A stretch of DNA of 64,000 nt from Minisyncoccia bacterium (GTDB taxonomy: Bacteria; Patescibacteriota; Minisyncoccia; Phycocordibacterales; UBA9973). The notes below the pieces were generated by a model. It did not search any database and was not told the origin of the DNA. It was given only the letters and a program-made list of their open reading frames with translations. This document shows positions 28,038 to 37,261 of the stretch, piece after piece. Within the stretch, counting starts at the first letter, position 1, and each line of letters starts with the position of its first letter. The DNA lies in contig JBDHUP010000003.1 of assembly GCA_039809245.1 (NCBI GenBank), positions 41,069-105,068 of the forward strand, given 5' to 3'. A program made the position numbers and the translations under genes.

Positions 28038-28912
28038 TAATTTCTTTCCCACCTCGCAAATATACCACAAGGAAGTAGTTTATTCGAGTTTGATTGCTCT
28101 ATCACCAATTCTCCGATTTCAGTTTTACCATTTCTTCCTTCCATTATATCTTTCAGATTATTCTCATATGCTATAGGTGAGTAACCTGCCGTATAGCCAT
28201 TTATAAGAACGAATAAAGGTTCATCAGAGAGTATTTCTTTACAAAGATTCATAAGCCCTAGAAAATGCTCTTCTATCTTCCAAAGTTCATCTTTCGGACC
28301 GTGGCCAAAAGATGGTGGATCCATAACAATCGCGTCATATTTACGACCTCGTTTTATCTCCCTTTTTAGAAACATTAACACATCATCAACTATCCATCTT
28401 ATAGGAGCATCCTTAAGACCAGAAAGCTCAGCATTGCTACGAGCCCAAGCCACAGCCGTCTTTGATCCATCTACATGACAAACATCTGCACCAGCACGAG
28501 CACAAGCAAGTGTCGCTCCTCCTGTGTAGGCGAATAAATTCAATACACTTATATTATCCTTATATAAATCTTTCTTCTTCTCTATAAGATCCTGCATCCA
28601 AACCCAGTTTGAAAGTTGTTCAGGGAAAAGACCAGTGTGCTTAAATGACGATGGTGCAATTGAAAATTTTAGCCCTCCAAAATCGATGAGCCAATTTTTA
28701 GGAACTCCATCTTTTATCACCCATTTTGTCTTGTTACCTTTTCTTATGAATTCTAGATCAGCTTTATCCCAATCTTCTTTATTTAGAGATTTGCTCCATA
28801 GTGCTTCAGGGTCTGGCCTGGTCATAGTGTACTCTCCATAGCGCTCGAGTTTCTGACCAGCTCCTGCATCTAGTAGTTCGTATTCTTTTTGTTTGGTTGT
28901 TTTTAGAATCAT
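28037..28912 (-). CDS. SAM-dependent methyltransferase (RlmI/RlmK-related)
   Basis: HTGLFPEQ..NW, LNLFAYTGG, DPPSFG. Confidence 0.85.
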   Translation of the reverse strand: MILKTTKQKEYELLDAGAGQKLERYGEYTMTRPDPEALWSKSLNKEDWDKADLEFIRKGNKTKWVIKDGVPKNWLIDFGGLKFSIAPSSFKHTGLFPEQLSNWVWMQDLIEKKKDLYKDNISVLNLFAYTGGATLACARAGADVCHVDGSKTAVAWARSNAELSGLKDAPIRWIVDDVLMFLKREIKRGRKYDAIVMDPPSFGHGPKDELWKIEEHFLGLMNLCKEILSDEPLFVLINGYTAGYSPIAYENNLKDIMEGRNGKTEIGELVIEQSNSNKLLPCGIFARWERN

Positions 28913-29842
28913 TTATTTAAGATACTTATTTATATTACTTTTATGCTCAGAGAAAGTCTTGGCATAGTGAACATTACCATTTTTATCATGAAGATAAAAT
29001 AGATAAGGAGAATCAGTTGGGTTTATGGCTGCATTTATAGCAACTATACCAGGATTTGAAATTGGATTTTTCGGTAAACCTTTATTGGTATAAGTCTCTT
29101 TTGCAGCATCAACTTGAAGAGGCATTCCTTGCTTTAATCTTTTCCATAAAATACCAGATATTATTGAGATATCTTCTTTACCACTTGTTTCTTTCTCTAA
29201 GACTGACGCCATTATTATAATATCCTCTTCTGTGTGACCTGATTTTGCAATATCATCATCGAGTGTAGCTAAATGTTTAGCAAAATTATGCGACATATCA
29301 CTTATTATCTCTGGTGATGTGACCATTGGAAAGAAGAAATAAGTATCAGGGAATAAATAACCTTGCTTATACTTAGGGTCAGAAACAAAAAGATCTCTTC
29401 TGAAAGCTGAGAATTTTGATTCCAAAATACTGACTATTTCTTCATTTGTAATTCCTTCCTTAAAAGTAATCTTGATAGGGTCAACATTATGATGACCTCT
29501 TGCCAACATCCAAGCAACTTTCCATACTGGTATATCTTTATCGAAAAGGTAATCCCCTCTGGCGACTTGTTTATCTAATTTAAAAACAGTCAAAAATACT
29601 TTGAGTAAAGTATGGCTTTTTATAACATTCTTATCTTCTAGAGTATTCGCAATAGTATTAAGAGATTCTCCTTGAGTGACATGTATTGATATAGGCTGTC
29701 TATTCGCCCTACTTATATTATTAGTCGGAGCAGACATTACCTGATACAGAACTATAGCAATAAAGAATATACAGAATATTAGATATACAAACTTATGAGT
29801 ACGGAAAAATGAACGTTTTGTATATTCGGGGTTGATATCCAT
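28913..29842 (-). CDS. mltG: Endolytic transglycosylase MltG
   Basis: TM anchor, T..EG, GYLFPDTY, MAS..EKE, LQVDA, GLP..PISNPG, YL.Y. Confidence 0.92.
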   Translation of the reverse strand: MDINPEYTKRSFFRTHKFVYLIFCIFFIAIVLYQVMSAPTNNISRANRQPISIHVTQGESLNTIANTLEDKNVIKSHTLLKVFLTVFKLDKQVARGDYLFDKDIPVWKVAWMLARGHHNVDPIKITFKEGITNEEIVSILESKFSAFRRDLFVSDPKYKQGYLFPDTYFFFPMVTSPEIISDMSHNFAKHLATLDDDIAKSGHTEEDIIIMASVLEKETSGKEDISIISGILWKRLKQGMPLQVDAAKETYTNKGLPKNPISNPGIVAINAAINPTDSPYLFYLHDKNGNVHYAKTFSEHKSNINKYLK

Positions 29843-29845
29843 AAA

Positions 29846-31141
29846 TTATAGAGGTAGGTTTGCAGGTGGTTTTGCAATTTTTGATTCTATACGCTTAAAG
29901 CTTGGAGTCTCAGAAACCATACCTGGGAAGTGAAAGATAGTTGCAAGTTCACGAGTCGACATTACAAATATTTCCGGAGAACCAGAAGGGAAAAAAGCTT
30001 TAATTACAGCTGGATATTTGAAAGAATACTGAAGTGGCGGGTGAAAGAATGTCCTCATTCGGAAAAAGTTCAAAGATCTCTTTTTATATTTAGTAAGGGC
30101 AAGACCTGTTGGATCAGACCAAGGAGCATCAAACTGAGTAGAGTTTATACGATTTAATTCGTTTATATCTGGTTGAGCATATTGACGAAATACTAAACGA
30201 GAAGCACGTCTAAGATTCTGGAATTGTTCATCTGTACATAAACGGTTATCTGAAAGTGTCATAATTCTTATACCACAATCAAAGTGTATCAGACTTGCAT
30301 TTTCAACCATCACTTTCACTTTATTTTTTAGTGGTTCTGGGGTACGCATATCTGCACCAATAGTATCTCCATTATCATTCTTCTGAAAACGAGTGTATGG
30401 TAAGAGCATATGTTCAATATATTCAAAAGTTGCATCGTAGAAATCTACATGCTTTCCAGTTTTGTGACTATGGTATTTCTTTATGCTTTGTCTTATTACA
30501 ATTTGTATCCACATTTGTTGACCTCTTGGTAATGAACCCAGAAATTCTATAACCGGAGTTATGGGGTCAATCTTGTACTCTTCTTTAGTTCCACTGTCCA
30601 TTTCTTCCATGTCTCTGTAGGTTCTTATTGGAAGAAAATCAGGTTTTAATTTAGTAAATTCACAACCCCAGATACTCCAGTCCCCATCTTTCTTATATTG
30701 TGGAACATGGAGAGTATAATCTTCGGCTTCAACAACTTTTGCTTGAGGATACTGAGCATATATTTGTGTTTCAACTAAATCTCTTATACGAGTTGGTGTT
30801 CTAATAAAAAAGTGAACCTTACCATCTATCGAAGCCATCTCAAGCGAGAACCAGAACCATGGGGCACCTTGAACATATTGCTCCCAAAATCCTTTACCAC
30901 TCTTGTGATAGAAAGCATTCGAAAGTATTAACTCCATTGCTGCTGGAGATTTAATAACTTCGCGAGGAACGTGCACTTCAAGAAGGACCCATTTTATACC
31001 CATAATAAATCGCTCTTGGCGATAATGATGCCAGAGGTGAAGAGCGATATATGTTAGAGGAATAGGCATTAGGTACCCTATTGTAACTAATAGTATTTGG
31101 ATTAAGTTAAAATTATGTGTAGAGAAAAAATCTGTAATCAT
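29846..31141 (-). CDS. Conserved CPR protein resembling the N-terminal domain of VirD4/TraD-like coupling proteins, without an ATPase
   Basis: N-terminal TM, LE..VP, FSLE.AS..G.VHF, IYAQYP, ELATIFHFP; no Walker A motif seen. Confidence 0.55.
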   Translation of the reverse strand: MITDFFSTHNFNLIQILLVTIGYLMPIPLTYIALHLWHHYRQERFIMGIKWVLLEVHVPREVIKSPAAMELILSNAFYHKSGKGFWEQYVQGAPWFWFSLEMASIDGKVHFFIRTPTRIRDLVETQIYAQYPQAKVVEAEDYTLHVPQYKKDGDWSIWGCEFTKLKPDFLPIRTYRDMEEMDSGTKEEYKIDPITPVIEFLGSLPRGQQMWIQIVIRQSIKKYHSHKTGKHVDFYDATFEYIEHMLLPYTRFQKNDNGDTIGADMRTPEPLKNKVKVMVENASLIHFDCGIRIMTLSDNRLCTDEQFQNLRRASRLVFRQYAQPDINELNRINSTQFDAPWSDPTGLALTKYKKRSLNFFRMRTFFHPPLQYSFKYPAVIKAFFPSGSPEIFVMSTRELATIFHFPGMVSETPSFKRIESKIAKPPANLPL

Positions 31142-31142
31142 A

Positions 31143-31283
31143 TTAGTTTGGATAATACTCTATAGTCTGTGTCTCGACAGTTCTAGTTCTAGACGAAGGA
31201 TTAGAAAACATACCTATCAGGACAGCAATTAATATGAGGCCTATGATTATCATTATGATATGTATAATTCCACGCTGATACAT
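31143..31283 (-). CDS. Unannotated 46-aa prepilin-like membrane peptide
   Basis: My translation: MYQRG-IIHIIMIIIGLILIAVLIGMF-SNPSSRTRTVETQTIEYYPN*; TGA-TATAAT 6 nt before ATG; stop lies 1 nt before the next ATG. Confidence 0.68.
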   Translation of the reverse strand: MYQRGIIHIIMIIIGLILIAVLIGMFSNPSSRTRTVETQTIEYYPN

Positions 31284-31304
31284 GGGTACATTATATCATA
31301 ATGA

Positions 31305-31340
31305 TAATAAAAATCCCTCCATATGGAGGGATTTTTATTA
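31305..31340 (-). terminator. Terminator hairpin
   Basis: taataaaaatccctccat/atggagggatttttatta near-perfect palindrome. Confidence 0.7.
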
Positions 31341-32369
31341 TACTGCACTATAGAGTCCTGCTTTATTTTTCTTGAAATATTTTCCGTTTTGTAGGTTTAC
31401 TAAAATAGTGTTTTTCTTTAGGTATCTTTCCTTCATTACTTGTTCAACGATATCTTCTTTTGACATAGGGCCATTCTTCTTTAGGAGCTCTTTGATAACA
31501 TCGCGAACTACTCCTGATTTATAACCCCATTCAGATAGAGCGTATATACCTCTTCCTACAAGCACGAAACGAGGGTCTTTAATAAGTTCATTATGACAAG
31601 TCGCAGTGTGACACTTCTTATCGAAAGTAGCAGCTACAGCTTTAGCAACTTCACGGAAATGCATAGGTGAACCGTGCTTTCTCATCATAAGGAAGGCATA
31701 ATCTTTAACTCCGCGAGTTTTGATACTTGAAGATGTTGATTTACCCCATTCACCAAGTGGATTTCTACTAATCTTCTTTGACATAGAGAGCCAACGCTTA
31801 GCAATTTCTTCATTCTTGTATTGTTCAGATAATTCTTTAACTTCATCCAAGAAACGAGAAACTAATTCAGCTTCAGGTACAAGCTCATCATCTGAAAGAT
31901 TTTCAAATAGATTCTTTAGAGATTTATGAACTTCTTCTGATACATCATCATCAACACTCCATCTTATTTTAAAGTAATCATCTTCTTTGTGTTTAGTAAA
32001 TTCATCGCCAAGTGTTAAATAAAGGTGTATGTGGTTTTGAGTTAGTTTATCTTTTGATAAATGATTTAGAAGATCCTGTTCTGAAACAATAGCTCCGAGA
32101 GTATGAATTAGTTTTTTTAATTCTTCGAAAACAGCCTTCTCGTCTTTAAAAGCTTGTGATTTGCGTATTAGTGCAAGTGCAGCATTTTCGATTTGGCGAA
32201 CACGCTCACGAGTAATCCCATACTTCTGACCAATGGCCTCGAGAGTTTTCCTTTGTGCATCATCTGTAAGACCAAAACGATTAGTTATGACTTCATAAGC
32301 ACGATCAGGAAGATGTGAGAGCATGCGCTTGGTAACTTGTTTTGGTTTAAATGTAACAGTATTGGCCAT
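31338..32369 (-). CDS. Sigma70 region-4 HTH + HARE/RpoE(delta)-like HTH protein
   Basis: RFGL....TLE.IG..YGITRERVRQIE (sigma4); P.HF.E, HNELI.D.RFVLVGRG.YAL.EWG. Confidence 0.78.
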   Translation of the reverse strand: MANTVTFKPKQVTKRMLSHLPDRAYEVITNRFGLTDDAQRKTLEAIGQKYGITRERVRQIENAALALIRKSQAFKDEKAVFEELKKLIHTLGAIVSEQDLLNHLSKDKLTQNHIHLYLTLGDEFTKHKEDDYFKIRWSVDDDVSEEVHKSLKNLFENLSDDELVPEAELVSRFLDEVKELSEQYKNEEIAKRWLSMSKKISRNPLGEWGKSTSSSIKTRGVKDYAFLMMRKHGSPMHFREVAKAVAATFDKKCHTATCHNELIKDPRFVLVGRGIYALSEWGYKSGVVRDVIKELLKKNGPMSKEDIVEQVMKERYLKKNTILVNLQNGKYFKKNKAGLYSAV

Positions 32370-32469
32370 TTGAATTAAAAAATTAAAGTTATAATATAAT
32401 CTACATTCTTACAATATCATTACTATCAAATAAAGTCAACTGCTGGGCCTGTGGCTATATAATATAGTC

Positions 32470-34284
32470 CTAATTCTGCTTTTTACTTGACGATTTGTTC
32501 TTTGATCGCTCTTGTTCAGTAAGGAATTTCTTGCGTAAACGGACATTTTTAGGTGTAATTTCAAGGTATTCATCGTCAGCCATAACCTCAAGAGCACGCT
32601 CAATAGATAGCTTGTATGGTGGTTTAACATTTACAGCTTCATCTGTACCTGAAGAGCGCATATTTGAAAGCTGTTTACCTTTTGTAGGGTTAACAGACAT
32701 CTCATCGCCTTTTGTCACGTTACCAACAACCATTCCTTCATAAACTTCATCTCCGTGTTCAACATATAGTATTCCTCTTTCTTGAAGAGTCCACAAAGAG
32801 AAAGCAACTACTTTACCCGTCACCATAGAAGTCATCGAACCTACATCACGCTTCTTTATCTCACCTGCATAATCTTTAAATCCAACAAATCGGGAAGCAA
32901 GTATTCCTTCTCCTTTTGTATCAACAACGAATTGACCACGGTAACCAAGTAACCCTCTTGTAGGTAGCTCAATAAGCAAACGTGTAATACCTTCTTTCTC
33001 GTGCATTGAATTTATTAGTCCCCTGCGTGCTGTTAACTTTTCAATAACTGCTCCAGCGAATTCACTAGGTACATCGATAGTAGCTTCTTCATACGGTTCT
33101 AACTTTTTACCATTTTCTTCTTTTATAATTACATGTGGTTGAGACACTTGGAGTTCGTATCCTTCGCGACGCATATTCTCAAGTAAAACTGCAATATGTA
33201 ATTCTCCACGGCCGTAAACTAAATACCCCTCTTGCATTTCTTCTTCATCTGTTCCATCAAAATTAATCTTGAGTCCCACATTGATTTCAAGTTCTTTCTC
33301 TAGGCGTTCACGAATCTGACGAGAAGTCACATACTTACCTTCACGCCCAGCAAAAGGTGAATCATTGACTAGGAAGTTTAAAGATATAGTTGGCTCGTCG
33401 ATCGCAATAGATGGTAGGGCTTCAGTATCAGCTTTATCAACGACAGTCTCTCCAATAAAGACATCTGGGATACCAGCAATAATAGCAATATCACCAGTTG
33501 TTAGTTCATTCACTTCTTTACGAGCTATCCCTTCGAATGTGAACATTTTAGTTATCTTACTGTTACGAGTGTTGCCTTTATCATCTTTAACAATGATAGT
33601 TGCTCCTGACTTTATTGAACCACCATAAGCACGAACGATGGCTAAACGCCCCAAGAAGTTATCATAACCTAGGTTAAATACTTGAGCCTGGAAAGGTCCT
33701 TCTTGATTCTTCGAAGCTTCTGGAACCTCTGCAAGTATAAGATCAAGTAATGGAGTTAGATCTTTCGATTCATCTTCTAAGTTAAGCTTAGCAATACCTT
33801 GGCGACCAATAGCATACATAGTTTTGAAATCTATCTGTTCGTTTGTCGCACCAAGTTCTATAAAAAGCTCGAGTATCTCATCGTGGACACGAGCAGGATT
33901 AGCAGCTGGTTTATCTATCTTATTTATTATCACGATTGGCTTAAGACCAAGTTCAAGTGACTTCTTCAGTACGAAGCGAGTCTGAGGCATAGGACCTTCT
34001 TGAGCATCTACAAGAAGAAGCACAGAATCAATGGCACGAAGAACACGCTCAACTTCAGATCCGAAGTCGGAGTGTCCAGGTGTGTCTACAATATTTATCT
34101 TTGTACCCTTGTAGTTAACAGAAGTATTCTTTGAGTAGATAGTAATTCCACGCTCTTGTTCAAGCGCATTTGAATCCATAGTCGCCCCTGTATCATTCAT
34201 ACCGCATTGCTTCATTAGCTCATCTGTCAGAGTAGTCTTGCCGTGGTCAACGTGGGCGATAATTGCTATATTCCTAATTTCCAT
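32470..34284 (-). CDS. typA: Translational GTPase TypA/BipA
   Basis: IAHVDHGKTT, ERGITI, DTPGH.DF, GRGELH, YEGM.VG, EITP..VRLRK. Confidence 0.98.
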   Translation of the reverse strand: MEIRNIAIIAHVDHGKTTLTDELMKQCGMNDTGATMDSNALEQERGITIYSKNTSVNYKGTKINIVDTPGHSDFGSEVERVLRAIDSVLLLVDAQEGPMPQTRFVLKKSLELGLKPIVIINKIDKPAANPARVHDEILELFIELGATNEQIDFKTMYAIGRQGIAKLNLEDESKDLTPLLDLILAEVPEASKNQEGPFQAQVFNLGYDNFLGRLAIVRAYGGSIKSGATIIVKDDKGNTRNSKITKMFTFEGIARKEVNELTTGDIAIIAGIPDVFIGETVVDKADTEALPSIAIDEPTISLNFLVNDSPFAGREGKYVTSRQIRERLEKELEINVGLKINFDGTDEEEMQEGYLVYGRGELHIAVLLENMRREGYELQVSQPHVIIKEENGKKLEPYEEATIDVPSEFAGAVIEKLTARRGLINSMHEKEGITRLLIELPTRGLLGYRGQFVVDTKGEGILASRFVGFKDYAGEIKKRDVGSMTSMVTGKVVAFSLWTLQERGILYVEHGDEVYEGMVVGNVTKGDEMSVNPTKGKQLSNMRSSGTDEAVNVKPPYKLSIERALEVMADDEYLEITPKNVRLRKKFLTEQERSKNKSSSKKQN

Positions 34285-34374
34285 AAAATAATGTTACTTC
34301 TTTTTAGTTAAAAATAAAATCGCCCTCAGGCGTTTTGAACACCTAATATATCATAGATTTTTATAAATGTAAAT

Positions 34375-34409
34375 AAAAAACCTCTTTGTATACTCCAAAG
34401 AGGTTTTTT
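34375..34409 (-). terminator. Terminator hairpin
   Basis: aaaaaacctctttg...caaagaggtttttt. Confidence 0.65.
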
Positions 34410-34424
34410 GTCTTTTATTTGAAA

Positions 34425-34847
34425 TTATTTTTTATCCACCAGGGTATAGACCCTGCAACCAAGATTAGTACTTCTATGAATATTACTTACATAATCAGTA
34501 TAATTTATATACCATTCTTTATTTGGTCTATATATTATACTTATTATTCCTGTAGTTACATAGATAAAATTTGGCTTATCTCTACGAAGCTCAAATATTG
34601 TAGGATTACGCATCAACCAAAAGGTATATGCTAGACCTTTCTCAAGAGAAAGTTTTTCTGGTGACTGAAACGCTGTATTAGGATTATAATCAGTAACAGC
34701 CATCAATTTTCCTACAATACTTTCTTCGCTTACTTTGTCAAATCTGGCCATAAATGAAGGAGACATGCGACCTCCTTCAAATCCTTGTGCATTTGAGTAT
34801 TGTATAAAGGTTAGTAACCCAAATACAATAATTAAAAAATTTTTCAT
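34425..34847 (-). CDS. Secreted hypothetical protein
   Basis: Sec signal peptide (MKNFLII...SNA-Q), own TGcTATAAT promoter and terminator. Confidence 0.6.
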   Translation of the reverse strand: MKNFLIIVFGLLTFIQYSNAQGFEGGRMSPSFMARFDKVSEESIVGKLMAVTDYNPNTAFQSPEKLSLEKGLAYTFWLMRNPTIFELRRDKPNFIYVTTGIISIIYRPNKEWYINYTDYVSNIHRSTNLGCRVYTLVDKK

Positions 34848-34919
34848 TCGTATAAAAATTTTGGTGAAGAATAAGAAGAACTATTCTTCTCATTATAGCA
34901 TATTTATATAAAAAGTCAA

Positions 34920-36014
34920 TTAAAGCAATTTCACTATATCGTGATAAGTTATCACAACCATAAGAATCATTAGGAGTCCGAAGCCGATCATGTTTGCAGT
35001 GTTTGCAATTTTTGGCTTAATTCGTGAACCTTTTATTTTCTCTATTAGGAGGAATAATAGTCGCCCACCGTCTAGAGCTGGGAATGGTATTAAGTTTATA
35101 ACTGCCAAGTTTATAGATATAAGCGCAGTGAAGGATAGTAAGTATATAAATCCGAAACTAGCTGCATCTCCGACAACTCCGACTATACCAATAGGTCCAG
35201 TCACAGCTGATAAGTTACCATGCCCCGCTAAACTATCGTGAATAAGAGTATAGAATCCGTGAACAGTTGCAACAACTAAGTTCCAAGATAGTTTCAATCC
35301 TTCCCATAGCGCTTTATGAACAGGTAACTTTAAAGTCCCAATGATGTCCATACTAATACCAATCATAGGAGTGTTCGTATCTTTATTAATTTCTGGAACA
35401 ATAGTGACTTCTTTAGCATCTTTCGCGCGAATAAATGAAACATTTATTTCTTCCCCTCCGTGTCTTTTTACAAAATATTGAACACTTTCAGCTGAAGGAG
35501 TATCTGTATCATCAGAGCCAGATTTAAGATGCAAAATTTTATCACCAGTCTTTAGTCCTGCTTTCTCAGCAGGTGAACCTGCCAATACACTTGTCAGTGT
35601 AAGAGCTTGATCTGTTATAACAGTATCTTTCGGCGCAGTTCCAACAGAAGTTGGAAGCCCTGACATAAAGCCAACAGACAAAAGAAGCCACGCAACTAGA
35701 AAGTTCATAACTACACCCGCGAGTAATACTGCGGCTTGTATATAGCGAGGTTTGTTTATGAAGCTTCTCTTACTATCTGGACCACTTATAGATTCTTCAT
35801 CTGGATTTTCTCCGAATATCTTTACATATCCACCGAAAGGCAGAGCATTGAAGTTATAAGTCGTCTCCCCTACTTTCTTCCCGAAAAGTTTAGGAGGAAA
35901 ACCAAAAGAAAACTCATCCACACGAATACCGGACTTCTTCGCAACGATAAAATGCCCAAATTCATGGGAAACAACAAGTACTAATAAAATTATCAAAAAT
36001 ATAATTATGTTCAT
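34920..36014 (-). CDS. rseP: RIP metalloprotease RseP
   Basis: HEFGH, FGFPP, PFGGYV, PDZ domain, NLIPFPALDGG. Confidence 0.96.
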   Translation of the reverse strand: MNIIIFLIILLVLVVSHEFGHFIVAKKSGIRVDEFSFGFPPKLFGKKVGETTYNFNALPFGGYVKIFGENPDEESISGPDSKRSFINKPRYIQAAVLLAGVVMNFLVAWLLLSVGFMSGLPTSVGTAPKDTVITDQALTLTSVLAGSPAEKAGLKTGDKILHLKSGSDDTDTPSAESVQYFVKRHGGEEINVSFIRAKDAKEVTIVPEINKDTNTPMIGISMDIIGTLKLPVHKALWEGLKLSWNLVVATVHGFYTLIHDSLAGHGNLSAVTGPIGIVGVVGDAASFGFIYLLSFTALISINLAVINLIPFPALDGGRLLFLLIEKIKGSRIKPKIANTANMIGFGLLMILMVVITYHDIVKLL

Positions 36015-36548
36015 TTAGTTCATTACATCAGTTTCTTTCTTGGCAAATATCGCTTCGAGATTACTATTCGCTTCATCTACACACTTTTGGATATCTTCCT
36101 TTGCGCGCTTTTTATCATCTTCTGGTAGATCTTCTACTTTATCCATTTCATCTCCTCGCTCTTTACGAACACTAATGCGTGCATCTTCTAGCCTTTCTTT
36201 TAAAATCTTTGCAAGCTTTGTTCTATTCTCAGTCGTAAGCATTGGGAAGATTACTCTCACACCATCACTATCAGAGACAACAGAAAGACCTAAGTCTGCC
36301 TCTGTTATAGCATTCTCAATATCTTTTATCTGGTTTTTATCCCAAGGAGCCACACGAAGTGTCTTAGAATCTTCAATGGTAATTCCAGCTATATTCTTAA
36401 TAGACATACGGCTACCATAGCTCTCCACACTGATACTATCTAGAATCATGGGAGTCGCTTTCCCAGTATGAACAGAAGCGTACTCATTCTTGAGCCATTC
36501 TTCTATTTTCTTTAGATTTGTCTTAAAAGTTGTAGTATTGTAATTCAT
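36015..36548 (-). CDS. frr: Ribosome recycling factor
   Basis: TG.A.P..LD.I.V..YG, PWD, P.LT.E.R, E.ARISVR. Confidence 0.96.
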   Translation of the reverse strand: MNYNTTTFKTNLKKIEEWLKNEYASVHTGKATPMILDSISVESYGSRMSIKNIAGITIEDSKTLRVAPWDKNQIKDIENAITEADLGLSVVSDSDGVRVIFPMLTTENRTKLAKILKERLEDARISVRKERGDEMDKVEDLPEDDKKRAKEDIQKCVDEANSNLEAIFAKKETDVMN

Positions 36549-36557
36549 ACGCTTACA

Positions 36558-37256
36558 TTATATCACAAGTGCAATATGTTCTAAAATCATTTTCACTGAT
36601 GCTCCTGGAGTACTAAGGTACATCCTAGCTTTCTTTAATTCTTCTAAAATAAACTGAGTATCCTTATCAAGTTTATTGGTTTTAAACTTCTCATACGAGA
36701 GCCTTTCAAGCTCGTTTACAATCTCTGTAGCTTGAAATCTTAGGTTACCACTATTCTCACTGTTTTTATTCTTATCCATAAGATCAGCTATTATTTCAAG
36801 ACGTCCATTTACAGGGACTTTTAAAAAGTTATTAGAGATTTTTTTAAAAGATGAAGCTTCATTGTTTAATATTCTAACTAAATGGGTTCTGGATTTAATA
36901 GTATCGAGTAAGACAGATGCATTTGGTATCACTAAGAATAAGTGTGAGTTTATTTTTGGTTCTTCTATTACTTTTAGTAGAGATTGTTCGGCTTCACGAT
37001 TTATGAACTTTGCTCCGATTATGCAGATCTTTTTCTTCTCGGATATTCCTCTCTTACTATTCCAGTCCTTTATGAGCGGAGTGTCTGCAATTGTAAACGA
37101 ATCAAAATTCTGACAAAGAATATCAGAATTGTTTTTCCCCACATCATCACGCTGTTCTAAAAATTCAAGTAGTAGTGGAACCGTCGAAATAGGATCACCT
37201 TCGATAAGGTAACTATGGTAAAGATTTTCAGGAAATAGATTTTTCATACTATCCAT
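36558..37256 (-). CDS. holB: DNA polymerase III delta-prime-like subunit (reduced)
   Basis: HSYLIEG, EAEQSLLK.IEEP, LL.TI.SR. Confidence 0.75.
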   Translation of the reverse strand: MDSMKNLFPENLYHSYLIEGDPISTVPLLLEFLEQRDDVGKNNSDILCQNFDSFTIADTPLIKDWNSKRGISEKKKICIIGAKFINREAEQSLLKVIEEPKINSHLFLVIPNASVLLDTIKSRTHLVRILNNEASSFKKISNNFLKVPVNGRLEIIADLMDKNKNSENSGNLRFQATEIVNELERLSYEKFKTNKLDKDTQFILEELKKARMYLSTPGASVKMILEHIALVI

Positions 37257-37261
37257 GGTAT

